Program-made: the position numbers and the translations under genes
Assembly (NCBI GenBank): GCA_951406725.2
Contig: OX597814.1
Coordinates: forward strand, 54,064,001 to 54,128,000
Origin: Octopus vulgaris
Taxonomy: Eukaryota
DNA: 64,000 nucleotides
Direction of reading: 5' to 3'
Shown here: in pieces, positions 39,303 through 53,520 of the stretch
Numbering within the stretch: position 1 is the first letter of the stretch
Layout: each line of letters begins with the position of its first letter
Notes under the pieces: model-generated
What the model was told of the DNA's origin: nothing
What the model saw: only the letters and a program-made list of their open reading frames with translations
The model's database searches: none

Positions 39303-39466
39303 AGCCCTTGCAGCAGACTTTGCAACAAATGTTTTGAAAATAATATTGGCTTTCTTTTCAAGCTCAGATTCACTAGCCATTCGGTAGTCTTCCACAGCCC
39401 ACCAAAAGTCAATATTTTCATCACTAAATTCTGACCTCATATATTTTCTGAAGATTTCTAAACCAT
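39303..39466 (-). CDS. RGS3-like exon (RGS domain core)
   Basis: (D)GLEIFRKYMRSEFSDENIDFWWAVEDYRMASESELEKKANIIFKTFVAKSAARA; TAG acceptor, GTAAGT donor; absent from the ORF track. Confidence 0.95.
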
Positions 39467-40348
39467 CTATAAAAGAAAAATTTCAAGTTATGAATAATTA
39501 ATATAAATGTTATTAAGCAGTCAACGACCAACAAAAATAGACCCAGCAAATGTCTATGCCAAACACCTATTTAAAAATCAAAACTAAGAAAATAATAAAA
39601 AGCTATCTATTAAAAACATTGTGGGAAAGCTAATATTTTAAAACAGTTTTAAAACTAGATAAACCAGAAACATACATTTTATTTATTTAGCAAATTCTAA
39701 GCTAGCTTAGTCCAAATGTCTTGATTTACGTATAGTTTATATCTTCCTATTTCATTTTAACTCTTTGGTAATATAATCAGAATAGTAGCTTTTGTATGTT
39801 TGTTTTTCCAGTGACGAACCTTAAAAAGCATTGTATTCCTTTACATATATATGATGGGCTTCTTTCCGTTTCCGTCTACCAAATCCACTTTTCAGTCAGT
39901 ACTACTTGCTTATGGCTGTTCTGTTGAATCTGATGAGACAACCATCTTCTCTACAACATAGCCAGTGGATTTTCAATGAAGAAATGACATGGTTTAGAAC
40001 CAGATAGACTGTCACCTTTGGATAATCCTAGTAGAATATGAATGAATGAATGAATGGATGGATGGATGAATGAATAAATGTATGTATGTATGCATACATT
40101 TATATATAGTGGAAAGCATGACTAGGTGCAGATATGGTTGTGTAAGAAGTTTGTTTCCCAACCATATGAACCTTTTTTCATTGATAGGTGTATTATTCTT
40201 ATGTATTAAATTCCCTTTAGTCTTATTTTTGTTTTAGTGGCACTATAAACTAATTCAACAACAATGGATCACCCTATATCTGTCTTATTCAACAGAACGT
40301 AAATTAAACTGAAAGTATCATTGAGTTATTTACATTAATTCCACGAAC

Positions 40349-40488
40349 CTTTATCCCTAATTAATGCTTCAAAAGATTTGCCCCACTTTGCTGCGTTCAC
40401 CATGTCGATTTTTGGAAATTTTTCAGTAAGTGATGAGTCTGTATGATGGCGTCGGAGAAAGTGTAGCCTTCTTTTCACATTCCAAGCT
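40349..40488 (-). CDS. RGS3-like exon (amphipathic helix and RGS domain start)
   Basis: AWNVKRRLHFLRRHHTDSSLTEKFPKIDMVNAAKWGKSFEALIRDK; phases 2 and 1 match both neighbours. Confidence 0.93.
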
Positions 40489-41521
40489 CTGAAGAATAAA
40501 GAATAAAAAAAATTTGAAGAAATAAATGGTATTTTCTGTACATATTCAAGATTCAATGTTTATATGCGTACCACACATACACATACAACTTCACTATCAT
40601 ATGAAATTATGCTTAAATGTTTTTATAGTGATTTTGTATCTCCTCTGTCATGCTAATATGAGCTGAATATGAATGGTGCTACAAATAGTTGTGAGTGAAA
40701 ATTAGCAGAGACAAATTACAAATTATATATAAGCTCTTAGATTAGTTTTTCCTTGGGGCTGGTCAGATTGGAGCAATCTCGAGTATAACCAGCCGAAATT
40801 GCAAAGACAATCTGGAACTTGACTGAGGAAAGAAAACTCCGAATGACCCATCCTTGTTTTCTTTGTATCATCTATCTAGATGTTTTGTTGATCCTTTTTT
40901 GTATCACCTGTCTGGATGTTTTGTGTTCTCGTCCCATTTTGTATTTTTATGCACGTATATATAGTGGTATACGAAAACGTTGGTCTCTTATATGTACATA
41001 TTAATTATATATATATATATATATATATGAATATACTCTTTACTCTTTTACTTGTTTCAGTCATTTGACTGAGGCCTTGCTGGAGCACTGCCTTTTAGTT
41101 GAGCAAATCAACTCCAGGACTTAGTCTTTGTAAGCCTAATACTTATTCTATCGGTCTCTTTTGCCAAACTGCTAAGTTACAGGGATGTAAACACACCAGC
41201 ATTGGTTGTCAAGCAATGTTCGGGGGACAAACATGGACACACAAACATATAGTTATATAAAGGTTCCTTTCAGTTACTGTCAACCAAACAAATCCATTGA
41301 AAAGGCTTTAGTCATCCCAGAACTACAGTAGACACTTGGCCAAGGTACTGTGTAGTGGGAATGAACCTGAAACTATCATGTGCGTTTTTTCATTTCCATA
41401 TATGAAATTTTAAAAGGAATGAAAGAACGGCATCTCTTACTGACTGGCAAAACATGCAAGCCACTATCTCACAAGATGTTCACTATATTTTTTATTATAT
41501 ATAAAATTGAATCATACTTAC

Positions 41522-41646
41522 AAATTGCGTGACTTTGGTTTTACGGGACTAGCATCTAAGTCATTGGGCAGGAACAATGTTCTGGCATCAAAAGAAGATG
41601 TCTTTCGGATGGATGTAGATTTGTTTTCACACAGTAATTTCTCTGA
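41522..41646 (-). CDS. RGS3-like exon
   Basis: TTGCAG acceptor; SEKLLCENKSTSIRKTSSFDARTLFLPNDLDASPVKPKSRN(L); GTAAGT donor; phase compatible on both sides. Confidence 0.85.
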
Positions 41647-43239
41647 CTGCAAGGACAAAATAATAAGATAAAAATATATATATTTAAAAAAAATTGCCTA
41701 CGATAAAATATGGAGATTAATATGTGTGTAGGTGTGTGTGTGAGGATATACATACACTTCACACATGCTTATGTACATGTAGTTATTTATGAAAATGTTC
41801 TCCATGGAAAAGGTATTTTAGAATACTTATTCAGACAGATGTTTTTCTAAGTAACTACATGCTCTTTGGTGCAGGTCAAGACACCACAGTTGAGGGTGTT
41901 GCAAAATTATAGAAAATACATGCCATAAACATCACACATGTCATCTCATCAAAATTCAGTTACAGAAAAACTATATTTTTTTAATCTGTTATTTGTTTCA
42001 GTCATCGAACTATATATAGCCATGGTGGGGCAATGCCTCGGAGGGTTTTAGTGTCAAATGAATAGACCCTAGTTCTCTTTTTTTTTTTACCCTGGTATTT
42101 ATTATCTCAGTTTTTTATAAGGATGCAAAAAAAAAAAAAAAACCCCCAATACAGGTTGTCAAGTGGGGGTGAGGGACAAACACAAACATAAAGACACACA
42201 CACACATTTCTTTCAGTTTCTCTCAACCAAATCCTCGCAATGCTTTAGTTGGCCTGGGACTATAGGAGAAGACCTTACATAAGGTGCCATGCAGCGGAAC
42301 TGAACCCGAACCAAATGGTTAGGAAGTCATAAGTCCATAAATATCACACTTGTCATCTCATCAATATTCAGATAAAAATAATTTATCTTTGGGTAAACCT
42401 CACCCCCAAATATCATATTAATCATCAATAGAAGATAAATCTTATTTTAGCAGCATATTCCCCTAACAAATACTCTTAGTAAGATTTGACTCCTTCCTAG
42501 CCAATAATAATAATCCTTTCTATTAAAGGCACAAGGCTTGAAAATTCTGGGCAGGGGACTAATCGATTATATTGACAACAGTGTTTCACTGGTACTGAAT
42601 TTATTGACCCCGAAAGTATGAAAGGCAATCCTTTCTACATTAGGCACAAGGCCTGGGGGAGGAGATTACATCGACCCCCAGTACTTGATTGGTACTTAAT
42701 TTATCAACCCTGAAAGGATGAAAGACAGAGTCAACTCACCCCTATATTTATAGGTTAGTGGATAAGGCTAGTACAGGTGTCAGGGATAAAAAACTGTTGG
42801 CACTAAAGCTTCTGTTCTGGGATCCTAAGATCCTGAATTGTGTGAAGCTTGGTTAAAAATACAGTTGAGAATTCCAAGGATTGTATTCTATATTTCTTAG
42901 GAATTTCCCAGCTATAATGTATAATAAACTGTAAAATCCTGTTATAAATGACAAGACTTCTTAAGGTTGAAGTGCTTGGGTGATTCAACAAGCAGTTGTT
43001 TATGCTATTTAAAGATCATTCTTATAAACATTTTGTCAGTAACTAGTATAATTAAAGTAGATGAACTTCCTTTGAAAAAAATCGACCAACAAAATATAAC
43101 TTGTATGGAAAAACCGAGTGAATAAATAGTATTCAAATTAGTTATTATTAGATTTTCTAGGAATGCAATAATTAGGTGCTATTATCAGGAAATAACAATT
43201 CACATTTAATACAGATAATTCAATGTCAAAGTGATTTGA

Positions 43240-44880
43240 TAAAGAAAAAAAATAACTGTGATTGGTGAAATTAGGAACAGAAAGAAAAGCTCTGAAAAAT
43301 TCAGTATTTCTTTTGTTGAGTATACATAATCTTTGTATCATAGAAACTATCTGAATATAAATGTACACCCATCTGATAAATTCTAGAATTTATGAATGAT
43401 CAGAGTTTATGGAAGTTTAGTTGCTGAAAGATTATAGAACTTTTAAAAACTAAACTTCCAGAATTCAACCTTGACTTAGAAAAGAGCATAATGACAGTTG
43501 TAAATGATGGAGCAAATGTCAGTTAAATTTGTTAAGGATATTGTGAATATTTATTGTGTTATGCATATGGACTTCATTTCCTTTTTTGTGATGCTCTTTA
43601 CAAGGAAATATTGGGACGATGCATAATTATAGCAGCATTTTTTCAACAAATTTTATTCAACAAAAACAATAATAACATGTAACAAAAACATCTTTAAATG
43701 ATTATTCTGGAGCATATACAACCATCTACTTCAATTACTACTTCTCATTTGCTTGTCAGACAGTCATACCATCATTTAAAGATGTGTTTGTTAAATATTG
43801 TTACTGTTTTTGTTGAATAAAATTTGTTGAAAAATAAGCTGCAACAATTATGTACCAACCCAATAGTAATGCATCTAGTTTAACAAATGACTACTACAAT
43901 GATGACAAATTTGAAAGAACATTTGAGGATAATTATCAAAATGTAGATTCAGAAATTACAGATGTAGTTAATTATATTATAGTTAGTAACTATATAATTA
44001 TGTAAATTTTCAGCAAATTGAACTTACTGAGATACTCCCTAGTGCAGAAGACTAGACCTACTGAAGAAAATTCAAACATTGTGATGTCATAAAAACTGAG
44101 AACAATTGTCAGTTTATTTTGTAGGCCTCCAATAAAAAAAAAAAAGTATGGTCAAGAATCGCATTTAGTAAATGATACCTAGAAATGATGGAATAGTTTA
44201 TTTACAATGTTAGAATGATTTCCATTTCTTCAAAGCTATACTGCAAAAGTTATGATTGATGTCAAACGATCTCTTGGTTTTACAGATGATGACTTTAATA
44301 CTCTACATACTGTTGTATCAGCAGTATGCCCAGTTAAAATTGGAATATAAAAAACTAGGATGAAAGGATTCAACGGTATATTTATTTTTATTTTAGGAGA
44401 ATTGAATCGACAAAATATACCAAAAAAAAAAATTAAAATGTGATTGGATTGATGATGTAGCTAAATAGTCCTCTTTGTTTAATTTTGAATGTACATGGTT
44501 CATTTCTAATTTTGCCTTCAGAAACTTCACTACAAAATATCACAAAAAGACTACATGTTAGAAGAAGCCTCTTCTAATTCTCAATCCAAATCCATGATAA
44601 TTTAAGCATCAACTCCAACAAAAATGTCTCTTGTGTAGAGATTAAATGTTGCTATTGACAAAGCTGTTGTAAACCAATAATCCTACAATCCAAAAGACAT
44701 TGTTAAAGAGCAAGATCTTTGAAATTAATGGACATAGCTCTGTTACTCTTCCTTATCCTTAGTACTATTCATCCAGATCCCAATGAAGCAAAGATAGCCA
44801 TTCCTGCAGTTGGGTCTTTTATTACCAAATTACAACCAAGTTCGTGCAACAATATCAGCAATACATACTACTTGAGAAAA
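43240..44880 (+). mobile_element. hAT transposase remnant
   Basis: IMTVVNDGANV, CYAYGLH, WNSLFTMLE and C-terminal EAKIAIPAVGSFITKL remnants; many stops. Confidence 0.7.
43611..43863. mobile_element. mariner-type MITE with ~90-bp inverted arms and TA flanks
   Basis: TA|TTGGG...TTTTTCAACAAATTTTATTCAACAAAAACA mirrored by TGTTTTTGTTGAATAAAATTTGTTGAAAAA...CCCAA|TA. Confidence 0.85.
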
Positions 44881-46687
44881 TAATAATTTTTTTTTTTATA
44901 TATATAAACTTGGGCAACTGTAATTGGACACACATGCGTGCACGCACACACACACACACACACAAAGCAACATGCAAGCAATGTTACAAAGTAATGTTGT
45001 GAATAAAGTTAAGAGTACACTCAGTACATTATGTAGAGTAAACATTTTATAGTTGAAGTTACTGTTTCTCCAAGTACTTCAAGTTTCATCCTGGAACAAA
45101 TAACAATGTGTGTGTGTGTGTGTGTGTGGTTGTGTGTGTATACATACATACACAACATGTATCTAGAAATGAAGAATAAAGCATTTCTTTTTCCATTATA
45201 ATAAGTAAATAGATCTTTACATGTTAGCTCTGTGTAAATGACTCCAATTAATCAAACAGTGAAATGAGAAATTCATCGTACAAGATAAGATCGGTGCTTG
45301 TTTTCCCCTACACCACACACACACACACTGATGCATAATTTATCTGATACAGACCTTGAGATTTGAACTTGCAGTTCTAAATCCTGAGACAGCTCATACA
45401 ATTTCATTGAATTAACAAACTTTCCATACTAAGCTATTACTCTCTAGTTAGTCATCAATTGAGATATGAAATTTGTTGTGATGACCTGATAAGCTTTATA
45501 CTTCAACTGCTGGCAAAATAACTCTTCAAGAGTCACCAAAATTGTAGGTATGTGTGTATGTATTATAGTTGAAGAGCTTGTCAATGAATCTCAGTTTTGT
45601 TTCCAAATATTGACAAAGAAAGTACATTTCAAAATTTCAAGTACAATATAAATAAGTGCCAGTATCAAACTTGAGATAAGTGGTGTAAAAATAAAAGAAA
45701 ATCCTGACTAGAATATTAAATTTATGGCGTTGTTTTTTGTTTTCCTAAGTATTCATTCAATAGCAAAATTTTTTCTAAGCTTGTTTATAATCCCCGTGAT
45801 CAACCTACTCAATGGCAACAACTTTCTGGGAGATAATACCCAACCATCAAGTCGTCAATGGGAGTGTTTCAACAATTGGTTAAGTGATAATACAATGTCT
45901 TTCAAGTACTACAATACTTATGTTTACTATCAACAATTTCACAGACTCAATAAGAGCATCTCTTGTGATGTTTCAATAAAGTAGGAAAGATGGTTTAGTA
46001 GTGAGAATGACACAATACTTTAGACAATAGCAGAGAAATATGCTGGTTTGCAAACAGTCAAATTAGGACCAGAGTCTGAACAAATATGGAAAAAAGACTA
46101 CTATTCAGGAAATCATACAGATCAAAGAAATATTAAACTAAAGCTGATACTCAAAGAGGTAATTATTTAGGAATACTTATTTCATTTGGAGTAGTATGGG
46201 GTGTCAGAAGGACTGGGAAGTTGATTTCAAATTGTATTTGAAGGTGAATCAAAGTATATAATATACATTATGGAATTTAGAATACTGAGCAACTATCTGT
46301 AGATAGTATACATCTTATCACTAAATCATATGTGATTTGAATTTAAAGAATAAACAATAACATTTTTTTATGAAAAGGCTTATGGGAAAGCACAGAGGTT
46401 GAGAGAGTCAATATTTTAAAGTCAATCTGCCAAATTGATTATCTACTTCAAAGTTATACCTCTAGTTCTGGTATAAAAGATAATTATATGGCATAATAGC
46501 ATATTGTTGTTAGAGTATATCAGTGAAAAGACAGATAACTTAAATTTCATGAGCAGCTGGGGAATTAGTAATACTTGTCAAAAGTTTTAAAATACCATAA
46601 TTCAAGATGGTGATATTAGTGAGAGGGAGAAAAAAAAACCCTCATACATTTAATATATGTGACTATGAAAGATAAATATGTATGTAT

Positions 46688-46721
<34 letters not shown>

Positions 46722-48004
46722 CAGGCTTCTTCTAGTTTCTATCTACCAAATTTCTCAAGGATTTGGTTGACCCAAGGCAGAATACAGTTGCTCAAGGTGC
46801 CACACAATAGGACTGAAACCGGAACCATGTGGTTAGGAAAGAAACTTCTAGCTGCACAGCTATGCCTGCAGTAAAATTTTTGGAATTTTGAACTCCATAG
46901 CAAATAAACAGATGGTTGACATTGTGTTGTCCATACCAGGGATATTCTCTCATTAAACATCCTCCTATTTGTGATGTAGTTTACTTGCTCTGCTTGGACC
47001 AGAGTATAGGGATATTCTCCCTAAATATACACACTGAGTCAGGTATAAGGAGCAAGCAACAGCACAAAAAGAGGGACTAAAACAACCAAGGTGAAGGCAT
47101 TAGTAATATATCAGTGTACAATAAGAATTTCTCATCTCAGAAATTCAGAGAAAATTTGTAGAAAGATGTATTCAGAAACTTTGAGTCCTTACATCCTGTT
47201 TTGTTTAAGGGGAAAAGTTAAATTATACCACTCAATGAGACACTAGTCTGTTATTGATAATAACACTCCCGAAAGATCTGGAATATGTTCTTAACAGGTC
47301 AAATAATTTGAAGTACATAAAGTTAGGTAACAAAAGTATCAGCTATGGATTTGAACTAAAAACTCAATAGTTGGCTGTCCAATAATTTATTTTCTTAGTC
47401 ATTTTACTTCTACTAAATCAAGATCAGTTAACCTCAGGTTGGTTATTTGACCTGCTAGAAATAAGAGCCAACCCTCCTTCAAACACACTCTATTGTCTTT
47501 GATAAAGGAAGAGCATTTAAACTTTCTGGCACACAGGAAAAATAGGATGGTCATGGCTAGAATACCTTTGACCATAAGCTTGTATGATCAATGATAACTT
47601 GGACTAAACATCAATATTAACATCACTTGCCTAGTTAGGACACAAACATGCTTGTATGGAAAATTCATAAGTTCATAAAGAAATTTCATTTTAACTCCCA
47701 ATGCTGAAAAAAAAAAAAAAAAAAGCTAGTGGGCCCAACAAATCAATGATACATTATCCTTTGGCAGGACTCATAATGTGGTGTCTTGTATAAAGTGATC
47801 TGATTCAACCACACTACTTTATGAATAATCCAACCTCAAGCTATTATATGTTACACAATATCCTAAAGACAAGATATCTTACTTCCTCCCATATGTTCAA
47901 AAAGTGAAATAAAGTTAGTAGTGATGAAAAGGAGAGAGCTGAAATTCAGCCCTTCGTCAGAGAATATCTTTTTATTTTTATACACACACACACATATCTA
48001 TATA

Positions 48005-48301
48005 TACTAGCAGAGATACCTTGTCAAGCCAGTAAGTTATGGGGATGTAAATAAACCAACAGCAGTTGTCAAGTAGTGATGAGGGAGAAACACAGACACA
48101 CACTTACATATATATACATATATATATACAATTGATTTCTTTCAGTTTCTGTCTACGAAATCCACTCGCAAGGCTTTGGTTGGCCTGAGGCTATAGCATA
48201 AGACACATACCAAGTTACCACACAGTGGGACTGAACCCAGGATCATGTGCTTTGGAACCAAGTTTTTTTACCACACAGCCACACCTGCACCTACATATAT
48301 A

Positions 48302-48339
<38 letters not shown>

Positions 48340-48738
48340 CATATATATATATGTATGTATAAATATATGTATGCATGTATGTGTATATATATATAATATA
48401 CATCTATAATATGTATGTATGGATGAATGTGAGATAATAGTTTCACATTAATAGTTTCAATATTAATAGTTAAACAATTAAAGTGAAAGTATCTGACATT
48501 ACAATAGAGAGATATTCTTGTTTCACTTTTGACACGAAATACTGAAATAGTAGAAGAGATAAGAGATTGCTCTGGGCTTGCATTAGGCAAGAAGTTGAAA
48601 ATGTTTTGGCCCATTTCACTACATGGATCCTAAGTAAGGCATGTGTAAAATTTGAATGAAATTGGTTGTGTAGTTTTCGAGTTTTAGGGATTCACATAGA
48701 CAGACACACAGATACATGCTCATCTTTGTATATGTAGA
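48005..48738 (-). mobile_element. Helitron-like non-autonomous element with nested SINE
   Basis: Minus strand starts TCTACATATACAAAG...TGTCTGTC and ends CTAGT at about 48005; a similar 5' end lies on + at 16546-16640. Confidence 0.4.
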
Positions 48739-51283
48739 TGACAAAGATGCCTATTATTTTCAGTATGTGCATAACTACTTATGTCAGACACAAATAGTGA
48801 TTATATATATATATGGACAGGAACAAAAATACTAAAAACAAAATCAAAATAAGAGCTTGAAAAAAATAATGAAGTAATGTTTTTTAATAATGGCTTATAT
48901 AGCAGGATAAATTTGGAAGTGCAGCAGTAATTGATAAACAAGACATATTTTGAAGGAGAAGGTCAACAGAATAGATAGATTGATAGATAGCTAGAAGAAT
49001 AAATTAACAAATGTGGGTCATTCTTTATTGAAGCAGTTATATACATTAGATGTAAAATTCAGAACACAGAACTCATTGATTCGCTGCTGTAGATACTTCA
49101 GCACATAGACAACATGGAACTCATCTACATCTATATATACATTTCTAGTTAGTTAGTGTTTTCTGCATATGTTTGTGCATCAGGAATTAGTTCTCCTTCA
49201 TTGTTCTTGACCAACTGTGTTTTCCTAGTGTCTGTAGACAGCTTTAAGGTCCTCTCAAAAAAGCTCAGCGTCTTGTGGCCTGTGATCTAATTATCTTCTC
49301 CTTTCATCTATTTAAGTGCCTTTCCTAATTTTTTGTATGTCAATGATCTGCTTACATACAAGGCATCATGGCCAGCTAGTTGTATTCTTTGTCCCACATG
49401 TGTGTGAGCATGTATGCACACTAGCCTCTTTACTACAAGCATACAACCTTTGTACAATGCAGTTCAGCATGTATTTATTTCCCAGCATTTTAGTAAAGCA
49501 GTTCAGATTTAAATGCAGTAAAATTTCGTAAGCAAAATTTTGCATGCATTTTGTTCTATTAAGTCATCCAACCTGCTAGAAATAACAGTGAATTCTCACT
49601 TAAATCACACCCTACTATCTGTAAAAATGACACACTAGATAATATAGTTTCCCCAGGTTATCAAGAAGTATCTGAAGCCAAATAACGACAATGACTTATG
49701 AAATAAGTTGCTGTTAGTTAAGCGAATATAGTATCAGCCTAATGGATGTCTTCTCATTGTCCCATTGCATTAAATCCATGCTTTAAGTACTTAACTCTCA
49801 TTTGTTCAGTTTCCCTAAACATATATGAATTTCAAATTTTGGCACAAGGTCAGCAATTTCTGGAAGGGGACAAGTTGATTACATTGATCCCAGTGCATGA
49901 CTGGTACTTATTTTGACTACAAAAGGATGAAAAGCAAAGCTAACTTTGATGGAATTTGAACTGAGAACGTGAAGACAGACAAAATGCCACTAAACATTTT
50001 GTCCATCATGCTAACAATTCTGCCAGTTTGCCACCTTAAATGTAGTATATATTGATAACTGCATCTTACCCCTAGAAAGTGCTACCTCATGGCCAAAAAA
50101 AAAAAAAAAAGAAAAAAAAAAGACAAATTAACTTACACAATAATGACCTTATTGTAGTAAGAAATAGAAAGAAGATGGTTTAATGATTTACTAAGGACTA
50201 ATGTTGAGAAACCTCAGGTACAAAGGTAAGATGGATACAGATTACAGTACATAATTATGTATCCACCATCATTTTTCCTTCTTCAAATATAAAAAAATAA
50301 ACATGGATACCAACAGTATAATTTCAAACAAGAAATTCTGTTAAATCTCCTACATGGGAAAAAAAAAATCTGATTAAAGAAATGAAATTAAACAAGGAGT
50401 CTCTCCAGGTCAAGTTCTTTATATTGAAAAGTCATAGCTCCAGGATTGCAGGCATGTCACAAGAAAGAATCACAAGATAGATTCTTCAAACCAAGCCAAC
50501 CAGCAGGAAACCTAAGGTAGACCAAGAATGAAATGGTTGGATAATAGCCATGATCTGTTAGTGTAAAGCTTAGGAATCTAGCTGGAAAATGTAATGATGG
50601 TTGCTTCTGATAGGAGGTACCTGGAGGAGGTACTTGAGGACTCTGCTCTGACAGTACTCCCAGGAATAGTAGGCGAAGAAGATTGGATGGAAGGACAAAA
50701 ACTAAATGCCACAAGTGACTTCTTGCATTAGGATAAACAGCCAATAAAGGAGTCTCAATGTGATTGCTCAACTTGTTAGAGATAGGAACCAAATTTTCTT
50801 TAAAATAATACTTCAGTGACTCTCACAAGATTAAATTGGATGATATAGTTTTAGATACATGATGCTTGAATAAAAGAAGGGCTAGTTAGTGTGGAATGCT
50901 TTTGATCATAGGTCTGCAGAAAACTGCATGGCACCTTGGGCAAGTCCCTTCTACTATAGTCCCAGGCTGACTAAGGCCTTGTGAATTTATTTCATAGAGA
51001 CTGAAAGAAGCCTATCATGTGTGTGTGTTAATGTCTCCTTGCCTTGATATCATGTGATAGTTGTAAATAGATGTCACTGTCATGCAATGCAAATGGTGTC
51101 CTTTATTTCCACTATCCTGTAAAAACATGTCTGGCTATGAGGAAATATTACCTAACTTGGAAAAGGTGAAGGCTGACAACAAAAAGGGCATCTGGCTGTA
51201 GAAATTCTGCCTCAGCAAAATTCTGTCTGAACCATGCAAACATGGAGTGAACATTGAAATGATGATGAATCTTTTACACTTAA

Positions 51284-51493
51284 CCCTTTCACATTTAAAC
51301 TGGCCATACCCAGATGGAATAGTTAAGTGTTTTATGTTCAAAATGGCCAGATCTGGTTTCCTATATCTACCATATAATGTCATTCTAAGATAAATAATCC
51401 CATCATTGAAATCTAAAGATAATGCATGATTAATTCAAAACAATACAAATGAATAAATGTTACATTTGACAGAGTAATCTAAATGTTAAAGGG
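51284..51493. mobile_element. piggyBac-type MITE
   Basis: TTAA-CCCTTTCACATTTA...TAAATGTTAAAGGG-TTAA; related truncated copy at 28364-28500. Confidence 0.85.
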
Positions 51494-52149
51494 TTAATAA
51501 TGATAATTCTTTGAAACAACTCCATCATTATGGAGGAATATTATTCATTGAATCAATAGCTAGGATATTACCAGGATTGTCCAATTGCTTATGAACCCTT
51601 GAGGATTACTCTTACAATTTTCATTGTACAATGCAAACTCCCAAAAGATTCACACAAATTGCATCATTACCAGACCACAGGGAGAGCAGTGAAACATTTT
51701 AACCTTTCATTGTAGACAATACTGTTAAGACATTAATCAGAGGTGGTGCCCCAGCATGGCCGCGGCCTTCAGGCTAAAAACTTTTTTAAGGATTTAAGAT
51801 CAAGTTATTTACCGAATAAGTACAATTCTGAAATACTGTCACTGTATTGTGTCTCTTATTTTTGTATGGGAATTCCGAGTTAACAAGTTAAGAACCTGTA
51901 TAAAGGGGATGAGGGAGGCATGAGATTAAGTACTCCAGCCTATAAAACATTGCAATAGAAACAGAAATCTCAGTAGCAACTACAGAAATAAAAGGTCTTT
52001 GCTTGACAGGGGAGAAACAACAGTAGGAGGACACATGAAGGAACCTGGTGAAAACTTTTGAGAAATCAGGTCAAAGATAAATCTCCTGTTGATAAAAGCA
52101 ACAGAAATTGTAAAAGGGTAAGCAAGGTATCCCAATTAATGAAAGAGAA

Positions 52150-52680
52150 GAGAAAATCTGTAATTTAAGTGTTAGGAACCTGTAAGAGTTGCTAGAATGA
52201 AAGTGGAGTGATAAAACTGGTTTGTAGTGAACGTAAAAAGTAGGACAGCATGGAAGGTGTGGTTATTATGATGATACCAGGGCAGCAAAAGCATTTTTCA
52301 AATGGAAACTCATATTGTGAGTGCAAGATTCAATACAGAAAGTTGATAGCAGTTATCCAGGTCTATGCTCCTACAAATAACATGGACCAACAGGAAAAAG
52401 AATTTTGACAAATGCTGTCATCAAGAGAGTGAAAAGAGAAAGGTTATTAAGTAATTTGAGTATGAAATTAGGAAGTGACAAGAAAGGAAAAGAATTTTAC
52501 ACAAGCTGGAGTGCTTTTAATGATATATCTATAAAAAGTAGCACATTTCCCCATAACAAAATCTACTAAGTGATATGGATGCCACTGGACATGAAAACAG
52601 AACACCAAATAGTCCACATTATCATCTTCAGAAAAAAGAGCACAACTTGATTAATACCTGATGAAAGGAGTGGTATGGCA
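52150..52680 (+). mobile_element. LINE endonuclease remnant
   Basis: EGVVIM and VIQVYAPTN motifs in a broken frame. Confidence 0.65.
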
Positions 52681-52959
52681 TTAGATTGTTATTTAATGCT
52701 AAGAAGGCAGGATCACTACTGCACCAGACAAATTACTTAGTGGCATTTCTTCCAACTTTACGTTCTGAGTTCAAACACTGCTGAGGTTGACCTTGCTTTA
52801 CATCTTTTCAAGATCAATAAAAGAAATACCAGTTGAGCACTGAGGTCGATATGATTAACTTCCTCCACATTCAAATTTGCTGGCCTTGCGCCAAAATAAA
52901 ATATTATTTAGTGCTAAGTCAAAATAAACAGAAGAGTCTTTGAAGATATGAGCAATAAA

Positions 52960-53520
52960 CTGCACTATAAACACAACAGTCAGAAGATGAAAGAAAACAA
53001 CATAAAAGTATGTTATCAGAGAACTTCAGAAAAATTTATAAAAGCAATTGATGGGAAAAATAAATCTACAGTTAGATATTTCTGGAAAAAATTCAACATT
53101 ATGGATACAGTAAATAATATTAGTTACATCATGGGTTGAAGAGAAACCCTCAGCTGTAAAAATCATGTGGCCAAACTGTATCTGTGATTTGGCAGGTTTT
53201 TCTACCAGCAGAAACTCTACATCAAGCTTAGGAGATATTGTGGCACTGTCAGCTGATGCAGGGTTGAAAAAGCTGTAGAAACTAATATGGTTGAGTTGCT
53301 AGGGTCCCAAAGAGAAACTTTGTCTAATGAACAGCTGATGATACTAGAAGAGTAAGCTTCAGTCAGAAGAAGGCATTCGACCATTACACTTCAGTTGAGT
53401 ACATAGGATATGACTAAAGGGTTGTGCATTATTATAGAGGTTTGCAAGTCTTTAGTGAGAACGAATCTAATCGTGAAAGTGACATAAAAATTACAAGGTA
53501 TTTACAACAAGCTTAGCTGA
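52960..53520 (+). mobile_element. pogo/Tigger transposase C-terminal remnant
   Basis: TVRYFWKKFNIMDTVNNI and VELLGSQRETLSNEQLMILE match Tigger-type motifs. Confidence 0.7.

Noticed and set aside
40822-40852. CTGAGGA...CTCCGAATGACC, a hammerhead-like string in a repeat
   Set aside because: GAAU instead of GAAA, weak helix II and no NUH cleavage site.
45348-45420. Possible extra RGS exon ending CTCAAG|GTCTGT
   Set aside because: The phase-0 frame needed to join 41646 has a TGA shortly upstream and no clear acceptor.
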